This document shows, piece by piece, positions 1-13,807 of a stretch of DNA of 64,000 nt (positions are counted from its first letter, which is position 1; each line of letters begins with the position of its first letter). Under the pieces are notes generated by a model. The model was not told the DNA's origin and did not search any database. It saw only the letters and a program-made list of their open reading frames with translations. The DNA lies in contig JBHGNT010000016.1 in the NCBI GenBank assembly GCA_043228905.1, forward strand, positions 9,982,001 through 10,046,000. The letters are read 5' to 3'. This stretch comes from Azolla caroliniana. Taxonomy: Eukaryota; Plantae; Polypodiophyta. The position numbers and the translations under genes are program-made.

Positions 1-1480
1 TAATTTCTTTTGACCATACATTGGCTCAATCAACAAAAATCTTGCCACTATGGTAGGAGTGGTTCCATCTGCCCACACAACATAGGGTATCAATGCTAAA
101 CTCTTACTTTTCCCACACAAACATTGACAATAGCTTTATCGATTGGGTTATGCTCATGTTCCACCTTCTCCTTGGCTTTTGGATTATATAAACTATGGTA
201 AAGGAACTCTTAATACCTAATCACACAAAGTTCTCTACATTTGTTTGCGTCCAAGTCTCCTATATATGCTACTCTTTTTTCCATGCACCCATATGAACAT
301 ATGACATCCCTAACAGAAACTGCACATCGTCATCATCATTTTATTTCTTAAGACCCTTTCACTTTATTCATAAGATCCTCACTTGTTAACAAGTACTTCA
401 TTTGCCCCGCTCTCATAGGCATAACCATATATTACCATCCAATTGTAATGTTCCCGTCTTCTTCTAGTTGGATGTTTCAACAAATAATGTCATTGTAGAA
501 GATACTTATATGCCCTTCTTTCAGATCTTTTGTGCTTCTATATAACATGAAGAGTATCTTGTCATTGAGCTTAAGAATCTCTCTATGTGCAACCATTCTC
601 CTACATAAGTGCTAGTACTTATGAAGGAGAATGGTACTTATGATCCTTGTTGAAAGCATTGAGTGTTAGTACTTTTCGTTTCATCAATAGTTGTATGATT
701 TGCTTCAAATAAATCAAGATCCACATCTTCGTCATCCAATTGCATTTCACCTTTTCCTTTATATCTAGCTCTAAACAACAATTTTGCCTTGAAATTATGC
801 TTCCCCGCCATGCGATAAGTTTCAAGCTCATTGTATATGCTAACCACCTTAGCATAGGCAATGCCACAAGTAGTGCACCTTGATATCATCTAAAGAATTG
901 GAAGAAAATCTTTTTCGGATATGAACATTGTGACTCTTAAGTAGTGCTTGTCTGCATTTTTGCATATATGCTGCCCCATACATCCCGCTTTACTTGGGCA
1001 TAATCCCTTTATCTTTCACTTAACTTTGCCCTCGAATCAGACTACTTATTGGGCCCTTTTTCTATTTCCCTAATGGATGACACGAATAATTCTAGTAGGG
1101 CTCCTATATATGGTCACGTAGACAAGCACCCCTTATACATGACCTTCCTTAATCTTGGAGTCTCTAGAAACATTCCTTTCAACCTCTCTATGGATTTTGT
1201 ATGCTTTTGTTATATCTGTATTGCCCACAACTAGCTGAAACTAGTCATACCATGATTATAGATCCTCAATCAAATAAATTGACCTTCTCACAAAAGTTTC
1301 AACAAACTCGACAATATTTGGCTCTACCTTTGCATTGTGAATCATTACCTTGTTGTTAGGTTGAAGGTCTTGACTGAAGCACAAGGACCAATTCTTCTTC
1401 AGTACTATGAATTACCTATTCAAATAAGGAGCATTTGATGGCTCATGAATTCCCATATTCATTACTCTTGGCACTAAAAT
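1..1480 (-). pseudogene. Highly decayed Ty3/gypsy pol remnant (RNase H to integrase), related to the elements at 6452-11234 and 13808-16995
   Basis: Minus-strand fragments MLRWLAY (cf. MLRWIAY in ORF 10504), RARY..EDVDLDLFE (cf. SRPQF..EEVDVDFFE) and IPYVVWADGTT near 60-90 (cf. LPYVLRANRTT). AT-rich with many stops. Confidence 0.6.
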
Positions 1481-1521
1481 TGGCTTGTAACACCATGGTA
1501 CATGGGGAATATAAAAATAAT

Positions 1522-1822
1522 TGTAAAAGAATACGTGCAGAAGCGTTAGACAAAGCACAGAATTCACAGTCGGTTATCCGAAAATACAATAGTTAGGTAA
1601 AAACACAGAGAATGGAAATACATAGTGAGAGAGAGAGAGAGACAAAGATAGAGCAAATAACAAAAAGAAACTTCTATAAGAAAAATTCTGTGTGTATACA
1701 ATGTGCTCAATGAGCATTCTTTATACAAGTCCTTATAAGGATTGACAAGTACTTACAAGTACTTGACTGCTCATAAATGAGCTACTAACACTAACTCCCA
1801 AAAATATTCCTTCGAGGAATAT
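1522..1822 (-). repeat. Truncated copia LTR (3' portion)
   Basis: Reverse complement resembles the LTR at 21850-22137 (gggagttagtg..agctcatttatgagca..cttgtataaa..gcacat, CT tract, ends ..tttaca). Confidence 0.75.
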
Positions 1823-3810
1823 GGGTCCCTCATTTGGCCCACTTAGCTGAAATGAGATCAGACTCTCCTCTAGAGTGCCGATCTCGTCCTCAACCATGAG
1901 GTCGGCCTCACTAGCCCAAAATTCGGTATGGAGTCCATGGGGGGTTGGACTGGTCGGAGGTTGGTACCATGAAGCTGATTCATCGAACATGACATCTTGG
2001 TTTACTTCAACCTCTTAGGTTCAGGAAAACACTTAGCTGACCAATATACATTTCTCGGCTCTGGTTTCCAGCTTCCTCCGCTTCTCCTTTGGCACGTGCA
2101 CATATACTATGTTGCTAAACACCCTCAAGAGTGCCAAATTCAGCTTCTTCCCGAAATACAACTCGTGTGGTGACACTTTTCCTCCAGCTACAAATACATG
2201 TCTGATTATGAAGGTACATGACTGTTCTGACGGTTTTGGCCCAATAGAACTTGGGCATGCTCTTCCCCTCGAGCATTTCCCTTGCCACTTCTTCGATTGT
2301 TCAGTTCTTGCTCTCAGCCACGACGTTCTGTTGCGGCGTGTATCTACAGGAGAATTCGCACCAAATTCCTTCCTTCCACAGATAACTAAAGAACTGGTTG
2401 GAAAAGTACTCTTTTCTGCCATTGGACCTGAGGCACTTGATCTTTCTGCTTGTCTCCCATTCTGCAAGGCTTTTTACCTTGAAGAAATAGCAGAAGACTT
2501 CACTCTTCTTCTCAATCAAGCATGCCTAGGTAAGCCGAGCGTAGTCATCAATGAAGGTGATGAAATATCGACTCCCGCCGATGCTCATGTTCTGTGTCGG
2601 TCCCCACACATCCGAATGGATTAAATTGAGCTTGTTTCGGCTTCGATTTCACTCATTGGGGAATGGAAGTCGATGATGCTTCTCGAGTTGACAAGTTTCA
2701 CATAATTGGTCCTTTTGGCCATTGAACTTCTACAAGCCAAACACTATTTGTTATGACCGCATCTCTTGAAGCTTTGGGATGTTGACATGGCCGAAACGCT
2801 TGTGCCACAGGTCGATGTCCGGCTCGACCTTTTGCCCTATGGCGAACATAGCGGTGCCGATGTTGTTCGTTTCGAGGATAAACATCCTCCCTTCTTGGCG
2901 CCCTTGAGTGATGATTTTGCCTTCTTCTTCAATGAAGCACCCATGATGAGTGAACCAAACCTGCACTCCTTGGTCGATTATCTATCCAACTGGCACCAGG
3001 TTCTTAGTGATTGTCGGGATGTGCAGGACATTCCTCATTATCCCTTCCTGACTGACATGGCTCAATGGGACATCTCCGATGTGTTTGATTGGATGAAGGT
3101 TGTCATCCCTGGTTTCGATGATCCTTGGCTGTTCCGACTTCTCCAGAGTCAAGAACCACTCATTGTAGTTCGTTATGTGGTTGGACGCTCTAGAATCCAC
3201 ATACCACACCTCGTTCGGCTTCAAGGTGCTCATCTTCATTGAATTGACATTGTACTTCATTACAAAGGCAGGGCCTATTTCGGCTTGCCCAGAGCCCTCA
3301 GCGTAGTGAGATCTCTGCCATCTCTCAGAGTTGGCTCTACTTGATCCGACTTTGTCCAAATCAGCCAATTTCTTCTAGCACACACTTTCCTTGTGGCCCT
3401 TTCGACCACAGTACCAGTAGTCGATGGCTTTGTTTTGCTGGTTTCCAACACCACCTTGACTACCCCTAATCGTGGAGGGTCCACTGTTGTCGGCAATTCC
3501 TGTGTGCCTCAGGTTCTGCTCTTGTCGGCTACCTCCATTGTGTGCCAACCCGCCTTGTCCACCACGACCACAGGACAGATCCGCCTCTGTGTACAACATC
3601 TTGCTATTGTCATGTGTGCTTGTTGATGCACCTATGTGGTTCTCCTCTACAAGGAGCATTGATTGCAAGTCAAAAAATGACGGCAGATTCTCTCTCATGC
3701 AAATAGCCATCCAAATCGGCTTGTATTTCTGATCTAACCCACCAAGGTAGTTCTACACCATCTCGTCTTCGTCCACCATCATGCTGATGGAGCCAAGTGC
3801 ATCGGAGATA
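1823..3810 (-). pseudogene. Ty1/copia gag-protease-integrase remnant, RT/RNase H missing
   Basis: Zinc knuckle YWYCGRKGHKESVC, protease WYVDSRASNH, GAG-pre-integrase LWHKRFGH, integrase IKCLRSNG..YTPQQNVVAE. Many stops and frameshifts. Confidence 0.85.
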
Positions 3811-3819
3811 TTTAAGTTT

Positions 3820-4235
3820 CATTAAGCTCTTTAAGTTTTGGAAACAGTCGAAGACATCACTTTTGTTCTCTATGAGTTAGATCTAGGTGTGTCAGCTATA
3901 GTCGTTGATGAAGGTGATGAAAAATCAACTCCTACCTAGACTCACATTTTATGCCGGTCCCCACACATCCGAATGTATTAAGTCAAGCTTATTGCGACTT
4001 TGGTTTCACTCGTTGGGGAAAGGAAGACAATGTTGCTTCCCTAGTTGACAGGCTTCACAAACTTGGGCCTTCCAACCATTGAACTTTGACAAGCCGAACA
4101 CAAGTCGATATCTGATTCCACTTTTTGTCCTTTGGCGAACATTGCGGTGTCGACTTCATTTGTGTTGAGGATGGACAACCTCCCTTCTCGTCACCCTTGC
4201 GCGATGATTTTCCCTTCTTCCTCAATGAAACATCC
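3820..4235 (-). pseudogene. Second copia GAG-pre-integrase/integrase fragment
   Basis: Nucleotide similarity to 2480-2945 (ccacacatccgaatg, tttgtcctttggcgaac, gatgattttcccttcttc). Confidence 0.7.
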
Positions 4236-6450
4236 TGTGAAAGTTAATGTGCGAAAGCTTAGACAAACCGGCTCAGTCAGATAGCAATAGAAAATAGAGA
4301 CAAGGTTTTAACGGAAGCTTTACGAAACACAGAGAGAATACGAGAGAGACAAAGAGAGAGAGAGAGAGAACAGAACAACATAAACTCAAATTTCAAAATA
4401 ATATCACTCTATACATACAATGTGCTCAATGAGCACTTTTATACAAGTCCTTAAAAGGAATGAAAAAAGTATTGACAAGTATTTCAATGCTCGTATCGAG
4501 CGACTGACACTGACTCCCAAAAATATGCCTCCGTACTAGGCTAGGATCGTAGGCCTCTAACGGCCTACCAGTTACACACTAATCCGGTCCTCTGTTCTAG
4601 ACACCAACCTGGACACCGATCCGGCTCTCTGTTCCGAACAACAATCCAGACAGCAATCCGGACACTGATCCACCTCTCGGCTTATTCAGTCGATCCGGAT
4701 CATGTTTAGCTTGCTCGCTCAACGCCCCCTTCAGCTCAACTTGAGGTTGGATTGTGGTGTTAGTGTCTGCCGGTCCTTCCCTCCGGCTCCTCTTGGCGTC
4801 TTTTCGCCTTGCTTGCGGTCCTCAACACGTCCGGTCTTGCTTTCCACGACCCATCCGATTCCGCACACCTCGACCCTTCCGGTTGGCTTGCCTGCTCATA
4901 AGGCCCATCTCAACTCCTTCGCTGCTGTGACTTCGACGCTTCTCGAACCGTCGTTTCCTCCATCTCGGTGTTAACTTCCGCTGCCTTCTCGTCTGTTTGG
5001 CCTTCTATTGATTCGGCTCTTCCGAATTGAACTCCTCTTTTGAATCAGCTGCCTCCGATTCGTTCTAGGTCTTGTCCGAATTGCATGTCTCCAATTCGTC
5101 TTCAATCTATAGGCCCTTTACCACATCAAACCATGTTCGGGTCTTGGTCATCTTCTTCTGGTCGGCTCTGTCCTTGACTCCGCCACCATCGCCGCTTGTT
5201 CCGACTTTCTCGGATGTGCCGATTGCTTCAGTCGACTCGGCTTCCTTTTTCTTCTTGTCTCCCCTTGTTTCGGTCTTTTCCTCATCTCCGGTGCCTTCAC
5301 CTATTCCAATTCTCCCCCTCAAATGCAACATGTCGAGATGTTGTAGCCCAAGCATCTCTGAAAAATGTTGCAACTTGTCCGATCCGAGTGGCTTGGTGAA
5401 GATGTCGGCGGCCTGTTGATCCGTGAGGACATACCGAGTGCGACTTCACTGCTTAGGACCTACTCGCACACAAAGTGGTAATGCTCTTCTATGTGCTTTG
5501 TACGAGCATGGAACACAAAGTTCTTGGCCAGTTCCATGCTACTCATGTTGTCGCAGTAGATCGGGATCGGAGTCGGTACTTTAATTAGGCAGTCTTGCAA
5601 CCGCCACCGAAGTCATATGGCTTCATAGGTGGCGACAATAGCGCCCTGATACTCAACGTTAATGCTCCGGAAGTGGACCAAAGATCCGACGCATCACCGA
5701 CCCAATTGGCATCCATATAACTGACTAGCTTTTCGGTTATACATTGTAGGTACAACAGTCTCCGATCCTCAATAGTCGATGTGCGCACTAAAGGTGCTCA
5801 ACGGTCGGCCTCAGCATAAACTGGTTGATCACTCCAACCGGATAGCTGATGTCAGGTCAGGTGATTGTTAGATATATCAAGCTTCCGACAATTTTTCGGA
5901 ACCGTTTCTTGTTGTAGGCTGGTCCGGAGTCGAGATGTAGCTTGAGGTTCCGGTCCAGGGGTGTCGAGACCAATCAATCGGCATTGGGTCATGCCGAACT
6001 TGTATAGCATATTAAACACATAGTTTCATTGAGATAGCAATATGCTATCGGGGGTATGGATCACTTTGATCCGAAGGAAGTAATGAATGTCCCCCAGATC
6101 CTTCATTTCAAATGCGTTCGACAGTTGGGACATCACTCGGCTAATTTATGTGAGGTCAGGCCCGGTAACGACCAAGTCGTTGACATACAACAAAATGCAT
6201 ACAAGACCTTTTGAACCCTTTCAGATGAACAACGAAGAGTAGGACTTCGATGCCGCAAACCTCGTCCTACACAACCGGTGTGTTATCTTCGAATTCCAAG
6301 CAGGGGGGGGGGGGGCTTGCTTCAAGCCGTAGAGCGACTTCTTGAGTCAGCACATTGCCGACCTGTTCATCTCCGACTGAAAACTGGGGGGGTTGAATCA
6401 TGTATACTTGTTCTTTAAGATCGCCTTGAAGAAATGCATTCTTCAAGTTG
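4236..6450 (-). mobile_element. Ty1/copia 3' portion: 3' LTR (4236-4724), PPT, RNase H and partial RT
   Basis: LTR resembles 56212-56600. Minus-strand PPT gaaggggg at about 4725-4733. Motifs YMDANWVGD..STSG and KNAFLQGDLKEQVYMIQPP. Confidence 0.85.
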
Positions 6451-8585
6451 TTGTGGGGAATTTCGGCTACTAGGAGAAAAGGAGTCGAAGAGCACGGGAA
6501 CAGGGGTGTGCACGGATGCACACAAAGCTGTCTTTATGAATAAACATATGTAAATAAAATAGGACTAGTAAGTACTGGGGATTAGGATTTTAATAGGTAC
6601 TTTAATGTCCCACGAAAGAGAAGAATAAAGCATGTGGGGGAAAGAAACTGAGGGAGAAGATGAGTGTGAGAGAACTAGCAGAGGTGATGACGGTGGCCGT
6701 CGACCATATAGTAAATGCACGGGAGAGCGTAGGTGGCCTCGATAGGGCCATAGAGATGATAGTCGACACTATAGGTCGATTTAATGGGAAGGATGTGACA
6801 AGCTATTTGGAGGCCTACTGGGATGAAATGATAAGAGGGACATCCGGTGGATAGACGGTTGTTTGGATTCCCGCGGGTAGTAACGCCGAGCACCCACATG
6901 GAGGTGCTCAAGATTGAAGCCGGCTGTCAGAATTTTTCAGCGTTCGAGGGACGACTCCTCGAGAGGTATGGTTTCAATGACTCGCTCCGGCTTCTGAAAT
7001 GGGAGTTCATGGAGTGGGTCGAGAGCCCTGGAAAGGTGAGGAATACATCAGTGCTCCTCTAGGAGTTCAAAAAAAGATTTGCTCGACTCTCGGCACTGGA
7101 CCAGATCGTGCTTGATACGAGCAGGGTCCTACTATTTATCAAGTCGGTAGACACGATTGATCGGGAGAAGGTAGGTCTCCTCTTGGAGATGGATAAAGGT
7201 CCCACGACCAACTGGTCTGTTGTCAAAAGAGTATGTCGCCGTTTCGACAAGCAGTGGGAGTGGAACGATGAGGAGGGAAGGAGGCGGCCAATCACGTGAT
7301 CGGCGCGCACTGAACGACCAGAGGTGCATATGGTGCGATGCCGTTGGTCAAATGCGGAGAGAGTGCACTGATTTCGCCGAAGCAGTCAAGAACAATGATG
7401 TGTACCTTTGGAATGGATAGGTTCACGCATGCGACACGTCAAGGCCCCTCGAGGTGAACACCGGACGAGGCAACATGAAGAGGATAAGGGAGGAAGTTGT
7501 GGCCTAGAATGTCGAGGCCATTCACTACTCGGTGTTGGCAGGTATTCGGCTAGGTGGAGTGAAGGGCGTCGGATCTGGTAGCAATACCGGAATCTAGCTG
7601 CGTGCTAGAGGGCCTATCCGGGGTAAGGCTAAGGAACGAAGAGGTAGACCATGTGGAGAGGCCGGTCCAAGAAAGCACCGGATGGAACGATCAGGTAGAA
7701 GAGAAAACCGGCTTTATGGAAGCCCGTGCCAGAACTACAAGGTTCTGGTAGAGGATAAGCGGGCCTGAAAGGCTAGAGGGGCTAGTCCCTCAAACCGGTA
7801 TGAGACCCGGACTGGGCCAAAGAAGAATGACGGAGGCCCAACCAGCTCATAGGAGAAGACGAAGTTGCCGTGCTTCCGGTTGAGCTCAGAGGTAGAGAGA
7901 GTGATCAACTTGGGAAAGGTCTTGGAGGAACCAATCCTTAACAATTGGGCGGAACTCAACCTGAGGGAGGTGCTTGGGATAACAAAGAAGGAGTTCCACG
8001 ATTCTATCATCGACCTAATGAAGAGAAAATGGCTCTCATCGGAGCTGGAGCCGGAGAAGTAGGTTGAATTGAAGGTGGCCCACATTGAAGATGTGACGAT
8101 GGAAGAAGAGTTTCTAGATAGTCTGTTCATGAAGCTGCACTGGGCGAGAGTGACAACGGAGACCCTGGTCTCGATCGGGGATGTGAAGGAGCCGGTAGTA
8201 GCGCTGATTGACCACGGATCAGAAATAAACCTAATGTCGATGGACTTCTATAAGAAGGGTAAGTGGCTGATCAACACCAAGCACGAGTGGAAGATATGCA
8301 TGGTGACTTGTGTCACGAAAGAGGTTAACGGGGCGTGCCCGAATGTCCGTGTGAAGGTCGGTGCTATCGAGATTCCCAACACTTCTTTGTGTAGGAGACA
8401 TCCTCCCATCCGATCATCCTCGGCGAGCCATACATCACAGTGGCTCGGATGGAGACAAAGGTGTTGGACAACGGTTCAGCCTATGCAAGGGTGAAGAATT
8501 ATGAGGGCCGACACATAGTCCAATTTTTGACGGTTCGACCGAACCACGAGCAGAATAGGGATTCTCTACGTGGTGAAGGTGGAGA

Positions 8586-8652
8586 GGATTTTTAGAGAGG
8601 GCTATCAAGGCATGGGGCCTCGATAGTCTGGACAATTGGGAGAAACCCCACA
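8586..8652 (+). promoter_or_regulatory. Putative -1 programmed ribosomal frameshift signal (G GAT TTT, then hairpin/pseudoknot)
   Basis: gag-protease frame ends GAG GAT TTT TAG. After a 7-nt spacer comes stem GGCTATC-A-AGGC/GCCT-C-GATAGTC. The -1 frame is open. Confidence 0.65.
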
Positions 8653-8938
8653 CCTGTACCATAGGTAGGAAATTTTGGCTCTGTGACAATGGAGATTGTA
8701 CCATAACCAGAATTGGTGGCCGGAAGAAAAGACAAGTTCAAAGGCATTTGAAGGCATGTAGAGCCTTGGGCTATCAAGGCATGGGGCCTCGATAGTCCGG
8801 AAAACTGGGAGAAACCCCACACCTGTACCATAGGTAGGAAATTTGGGCTCTCCAACCATGGAGATTGTACCATAACCAGCATTGGTGGCCGGAAGAAAAG
8901 ACAAGTTCAAAGGCGTTTGAAGGCGTGCAGAGCCTTGG
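8600..8938 (+). repeat. Tandem duplication, 2 x ~170 bp
   Basis: ggctatcaaggcatggggcctcgatagtc...agagccttgg begins at about 8600 and again at about 8769. Confidence 0.9.
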
Positions 8939-11234
8939 ACCCCAACCACTCAGTAGACTGCGTTGTGGAGGTGGTCTCATTTGATGACACCCTTGGGGAG
9001 ATCGAGAAGATGATCGAAGAAGGCATAAGCAAAGACCGGATGATTCCGGTCAATTCGCTCAAACTGTATGAAGTCATCGCGGACTTCAGAAAGAAGATCG
9101 GGGCAGGTTGGACCGCCCAGGTGGACACGAAGTATAAGATTGTAGACCGGATGGTGAGTCCAGTCGTGGCACCCTTATTGGAGGACAATTGGGAGCAAAT
9201 GAAAGGGGTTGTGACTAACCCAAGTTTGCGAGATCCGGCCGACATAGGGCACTGGTTCACCGAGGAGACGTTGCGGACACTCAAGATCGGTAAGGGTGGC
9301 TTTCTACTACCGGCAAAGGAAGAATGGTTTTGGAGATCGGCAAAGGCACGACAAAGCCTTTGCATTCTCGCCGGCGGAGATCGGGTGCGTTGACCCGACG
9401 ATTGTAAAACCGATGGTGATCTTCAGGGTACTGCACGTACCATCGAATCTCAAACTGATTTTGGTGCCGAGAGCTCACATCTCGAGGTTGATAGAGACAC
9501 TTAAGGAGAAAGTCGATATGGGGATCTCCAACTGTTGAGTTCCCCATACTCGAATTGGTGGTTCACAGTGCCAAAAAAGAATGGCACACTCTGCTCATCC
9601 AGGACCGGCACCACAACCTATCAATAAGTGAGGATTCGGAATGCAAGGGTTAGGCTGCCAATCGACGAGTTCACAGAGGCCTTCCCCAGAAGGTTGATAT
9701 ACTCAATCGGTGACCTATACTCCTGGTACTTCTAGTTCCAGCTAGCCATGGAGAGTACGGATATCATGACGATGCGAACCCCTCTCGGCAGGGTGGAACA
9801 AATTCGGTGGTGGACATGGTAAATGTGATGAACAAGGTGCTGAGGGATTGCCTTTTTTGGACAACATCCCGATCAAGGCATGTTCAGAGGATGCGAAGGG
9901 CGAATCAGTTAGAGCAGACGTATGTCAAAAGTTTGTTGCGGACCACGTTTTCGATTGCGAGAAGATACTGCAGAGGCTTGAGGGCGGTCGGATTACCTAC
10001 TCCATGGAGAAGGTGACATTCGGGTAATCAGAGGTCCTGGTAGTCGAACACCTATGCGGACCATACGACCGGAGACTATCTCGGAGATGAAGGTAGAGGC
10101 CACCTCGGAGATGAAGGGAGACTGCAGATCGGTTACAGAAGTACGAAGGTTCCTAGGAGTGTGCGCTTTCTACCACATTTGGATTCTGCACTACGCGCAT
10201 ATCGCCAATCTGCTCTATGGCTTGTTGAAGAAAGGGCGGAAATTCAGATGGTGCGAAGAACACACGAAGGTGACCCAGAGACTAAAGGAGATGCCGACGT
10301 TGGCACCGGCTCTATGAAAAGTGGTGTACAAGACAAGCACTCTTATTTTAGTGACGGTTGATACGAGTCCAACCGAAATTGGATGGGTGATCAACTATGA
10401 AGACGAAGCCGAAAAGCAGTTTGCCATCCGATTCAGTGGGAAGGTGTTGAGCAAGCGGCAATGAGGATACGCCCAAGTAAAACGCAAACTGTGGGGTATT
10501 GTTTTGGCAGTGAAGGCTGACAAAGACTACTTGATAGGGACAGAGGTAATTATTGAGGCAGACTGCCTCTCGATTCTCGGGATGGTTTCCGGATACGCAA
10601 CTCCAGACTTGGCGATGCTAAGGTGGATCGCGTACATCAAGCCCCTAAATCCGGAGATACGGCACATCTCCTGTAAAGAGAAGGCCATGGTCAACATGCT
10701 TTCGAGAGCACTATTTGACGACAAGGACGACATGGTATCGAAAGACGAAGAAGTCGGCGTGGACTGCTTTGAGTCGGCTCGGATGTCGGCAAACAGACAA
10801 GGCACTTCGACCTTAAACGAGTTCGACGAGAATGACTACGACAGGGAGTGGCTTCAAATCGGTAGGTTCCTAAGCACGATGGCGCTAGAGGCAACATGGA
10901 CGAAGGACGAGGTGAGACGGATTTGGAAGAAGGCTTACCAGTTCTTATTGTGAGATGGGAAAATCTGGCGGCACCCGAAGAAGAGGGCTGCCACTCCACT
11001 CCAGGTGGTGACAAAGGAGGAAGAACAATCGGTGCTCGTGTCGGAGCTCCACGAAAGTCCCTAGAAGGGACATCAGGGAACATGGGTCACGTTTGAAAAG
11101 CTAAACGAGAAGTACTAGTGATCGGAGATGTACAGAGATGTGCATTACTTAGTGTCAACGTGTGAGAGATGTCAGATGCATTCGGCGATCATGCACTGGG
11201 ATGAGTTGCACCCGACCTACCCACCAACTATCAA

Positions 11235-11235
11235 G

Positions 11236-11287
<52 letters not shown>

Positions 11288-13807
11288 GTAAAAGTATTAT
11301 ATTGCACTATAAGATATCTGATTACAACGAGTAAGCAACAAGGGAGTTCGAGAATGGTGTTGTACCAATTTGGTTTTGAAATGATTACTAGATGCATATA
11401 TATAAGTTCTAATAGGGTATTCTAGAAAGTCCTAGAATATAGAGCACTCTAGAGTATTCTAGAACTTTCTAGAACATAGAGTACTCTAGAATACTTTATA
11501 TATTTTATATGTTTAGCGTATATAATCCTTATATTGTACAAATGAACATATCATTATAATGGTTATGAATTCGACACATATATAACAAGGTTGTGGGATC
11601 AAATCCTTGAAAACCAAAATGCATGTAATCATTAAACTATGTGAGTGGCATCATGACATTATCCCCCTTCTTCATCGACCCGTATCACGGGTCACCTGGC
11701 TTACGAGGATATTGGCGATGAATTTCGATGACCATGTCTGCGGCATTGGCAAGATTTGTTGCAGGTTCCCAAGTTGGATCATTGGGTGTATAGCCTACCC
11801 AATCGACCAAGTAATACAAGTTGTACACGATCTTGGAATCGAGAATGACAACAACCTCAAATTCTGGTCCTTCCAAAAATGCAACAGGTGGTGGGGGAGT
11901 TATAAGAAGATCCCAAATTGAACTTGTGGTGTAAGGTTCCAAAAGGGAGACATGAAACATTGGGTGAAGATGCATGTGAGGAGGGAGGCCAAGGCGAAAT
12001 GCAACATCACTTATCTTACTAGTGATCACGTACGGGCCAAAGCGTTGGTAATCTAATTTACTGCAAGCCCCCGTGGTCTTGATGTGGTGTTGTAGAAGCC
12101 ATACACGCTCCCTGACATGAAACTTTTTGGAGGAGTTGAGGCGATGACGATCCGCAATCCTCTTGTATATATTTTGAGCATCACGTAAATTGTGGAGAAT
12201 GGTTGCGTGAATTTCTCGAAGGCGACTAAGACGATCCTCAATAGCAGGATTGATAGGAACTCCGGGGTGTTTAGTCATCGTCCAATGAGGATGACAACCC
12301 GTATTTGTGAAAATGGAGAATATCCTATAGAAGAATGGACTGAATTGTTATAAGTGAATTCAGCCAAGTGTAGAAAATCAACCCAATCATCTTGTTGATA
12401 GTTGATGAAACAACGAAGATATTGCTCCAAAGTCTGGTTGGTATGCATGCTTGGTTTCGAGGATGATAGCCCAAAGAAAGCTTGGCCAAAACTCGGAGAA
12501 GTTTTAACATGTGCTTCCAAAACTTTGAGATGAATTGTGGACCTCAATCACTAATAATATCGTTCGGAACACCATGATGCTTGAATACCTCCCGCATAAC
12601 TAGATGGACTGTCTCTTGACTAGTAATAGACTTCGTACATGGTAAGAAATGTGCCATTTTGGTAAATCGAATGACCATGGTGAGAATGGTATCAAAGCCT
12701 CTCGAAACTTCCATGGAATTTCAGGAATTAGAAGTGGTTGTAGTAAGCCATATGATCGGTGTGGAGGACTCTTTGATTGACAACATGTATCACAACTGCA
12801 GACATACTCCTCCACAAAAGGACGAAGTCGAGGCCACCAATATTGCCAAGAATCTAATTCTAGAGTTTTGTGGACTCCAAAATGTCCAGCCATGGGTGTG
12901 TCATGGAAACGTTGTAAGAGTGCAATCGTGGGGGACCATCAGGAACATACAATAGGTTTTTTCGAAACAGAAAACCACCATGCCAATAAAACTGATTATA
13001 GTCACTACGGGGGTTTTGCGACTGCGAACAGGAGGCACGATCCGGGACAATATGATCTTAAACATCTTTGGCGAATACATTAGTAGCCATATGATCTCGA
13101 ATGGAATCAAGAAGAGTGAAATCCCCAAGTGTTGTTATGGCATTAGCTGCCATTAATCGTAGTAGATTAGGACCCAAAAATATTTGTTTTTGATGCTCAA
13201 AAGTTGGTTCTCTAGGACGAAGCTCCATATAAGAGCATCAAGAAAGAGCATTTGTTGTTCCTTCCTGCATCCTAGGGCGATATATGATTTCAAAGTCAAA
13301 GTGAGTAAAACATTGTGCCCAACAAGCTTGTCACGGACTCAAGACTCGAGCATTTTGAAAATATGTCAAGTTCTTATGATCATTGCAGACAATGATCTGT
13401 TGAGAAGAACCTTCCAAAAAATGTCACCATTGTTGGAAAGAATCCACAATTGCAACAACCTCTTTATCATGGATCTCGTAGTTAATCTCTATAGCTTCAA
13501 ATTTTGGGGAATGAAAAACAAAGGGCTTTAGGTGCCCGTCATCTCCAGTTTGCGATAGAACGTCCTAGTGCAAAGTCCGATGCATCACCTTCAAGGATGA
13601 GGCGTTTTGTGGGATCGACATGTGCCTAAAATATACGCCATTGTAAATGCTTGTTTTAAACTTTCAAATGCCTCTGTTGCCTCTACACTCCATATAAATG
13701 GTTGATTTTTGTGTGTGAGTCGGGTGAGCGGAAGCACGACCTTGGAATAATTTTTAATGAATTTCCGATAAAAATTTGCAAACCCGAGAAAACATTGTAC
13801 GTCACGC
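11235..13807 (-). mobile_element. Decayed chromovirus (Ty3/gypsy): 3' LTR 11235-11658, chromodomain, integrase, RNase H
   Basis: LTR starts TGTCATG on minus after PPT gaagaagggggataa. ORF 11685-12278 has GPY motif and chromodomain YYLVDWVGY..TWEP. Also GHFGVHKT..CDTCC. Homologous to 42194-45751. Confidence 0.9.

Larger units (their letters stand above)
6452..11234 (+). mobile_element. Decayed Ty3/gypsy element (gag, protease, RT, RNase H, N-terminal integrase), 3'-truncated
   Basis: gag GRFNGKDVTSYLEAY (ORF 6660), CIWCDAVGQMRREC knuckle, protease ALIDHGSEINLM (~8200), VRRFLGVCAFYHIW, RNase H region in ORF 10504, integrase zinc-finger region ending TCERCQ (~11170). Confidence 0.85.

Noticed and set aside
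6452-6613. Short 5' LTR of the gypsy element (tgtggg...cccacg)
   Set aside because: No second copy, PBS or TSD is visible, so it cannot be confirmed.
11128-11425. RERERE-containing ORFs (also 14073, 45849)
   Set aside because: Translations of (GA)n microsatellites in LTRs.
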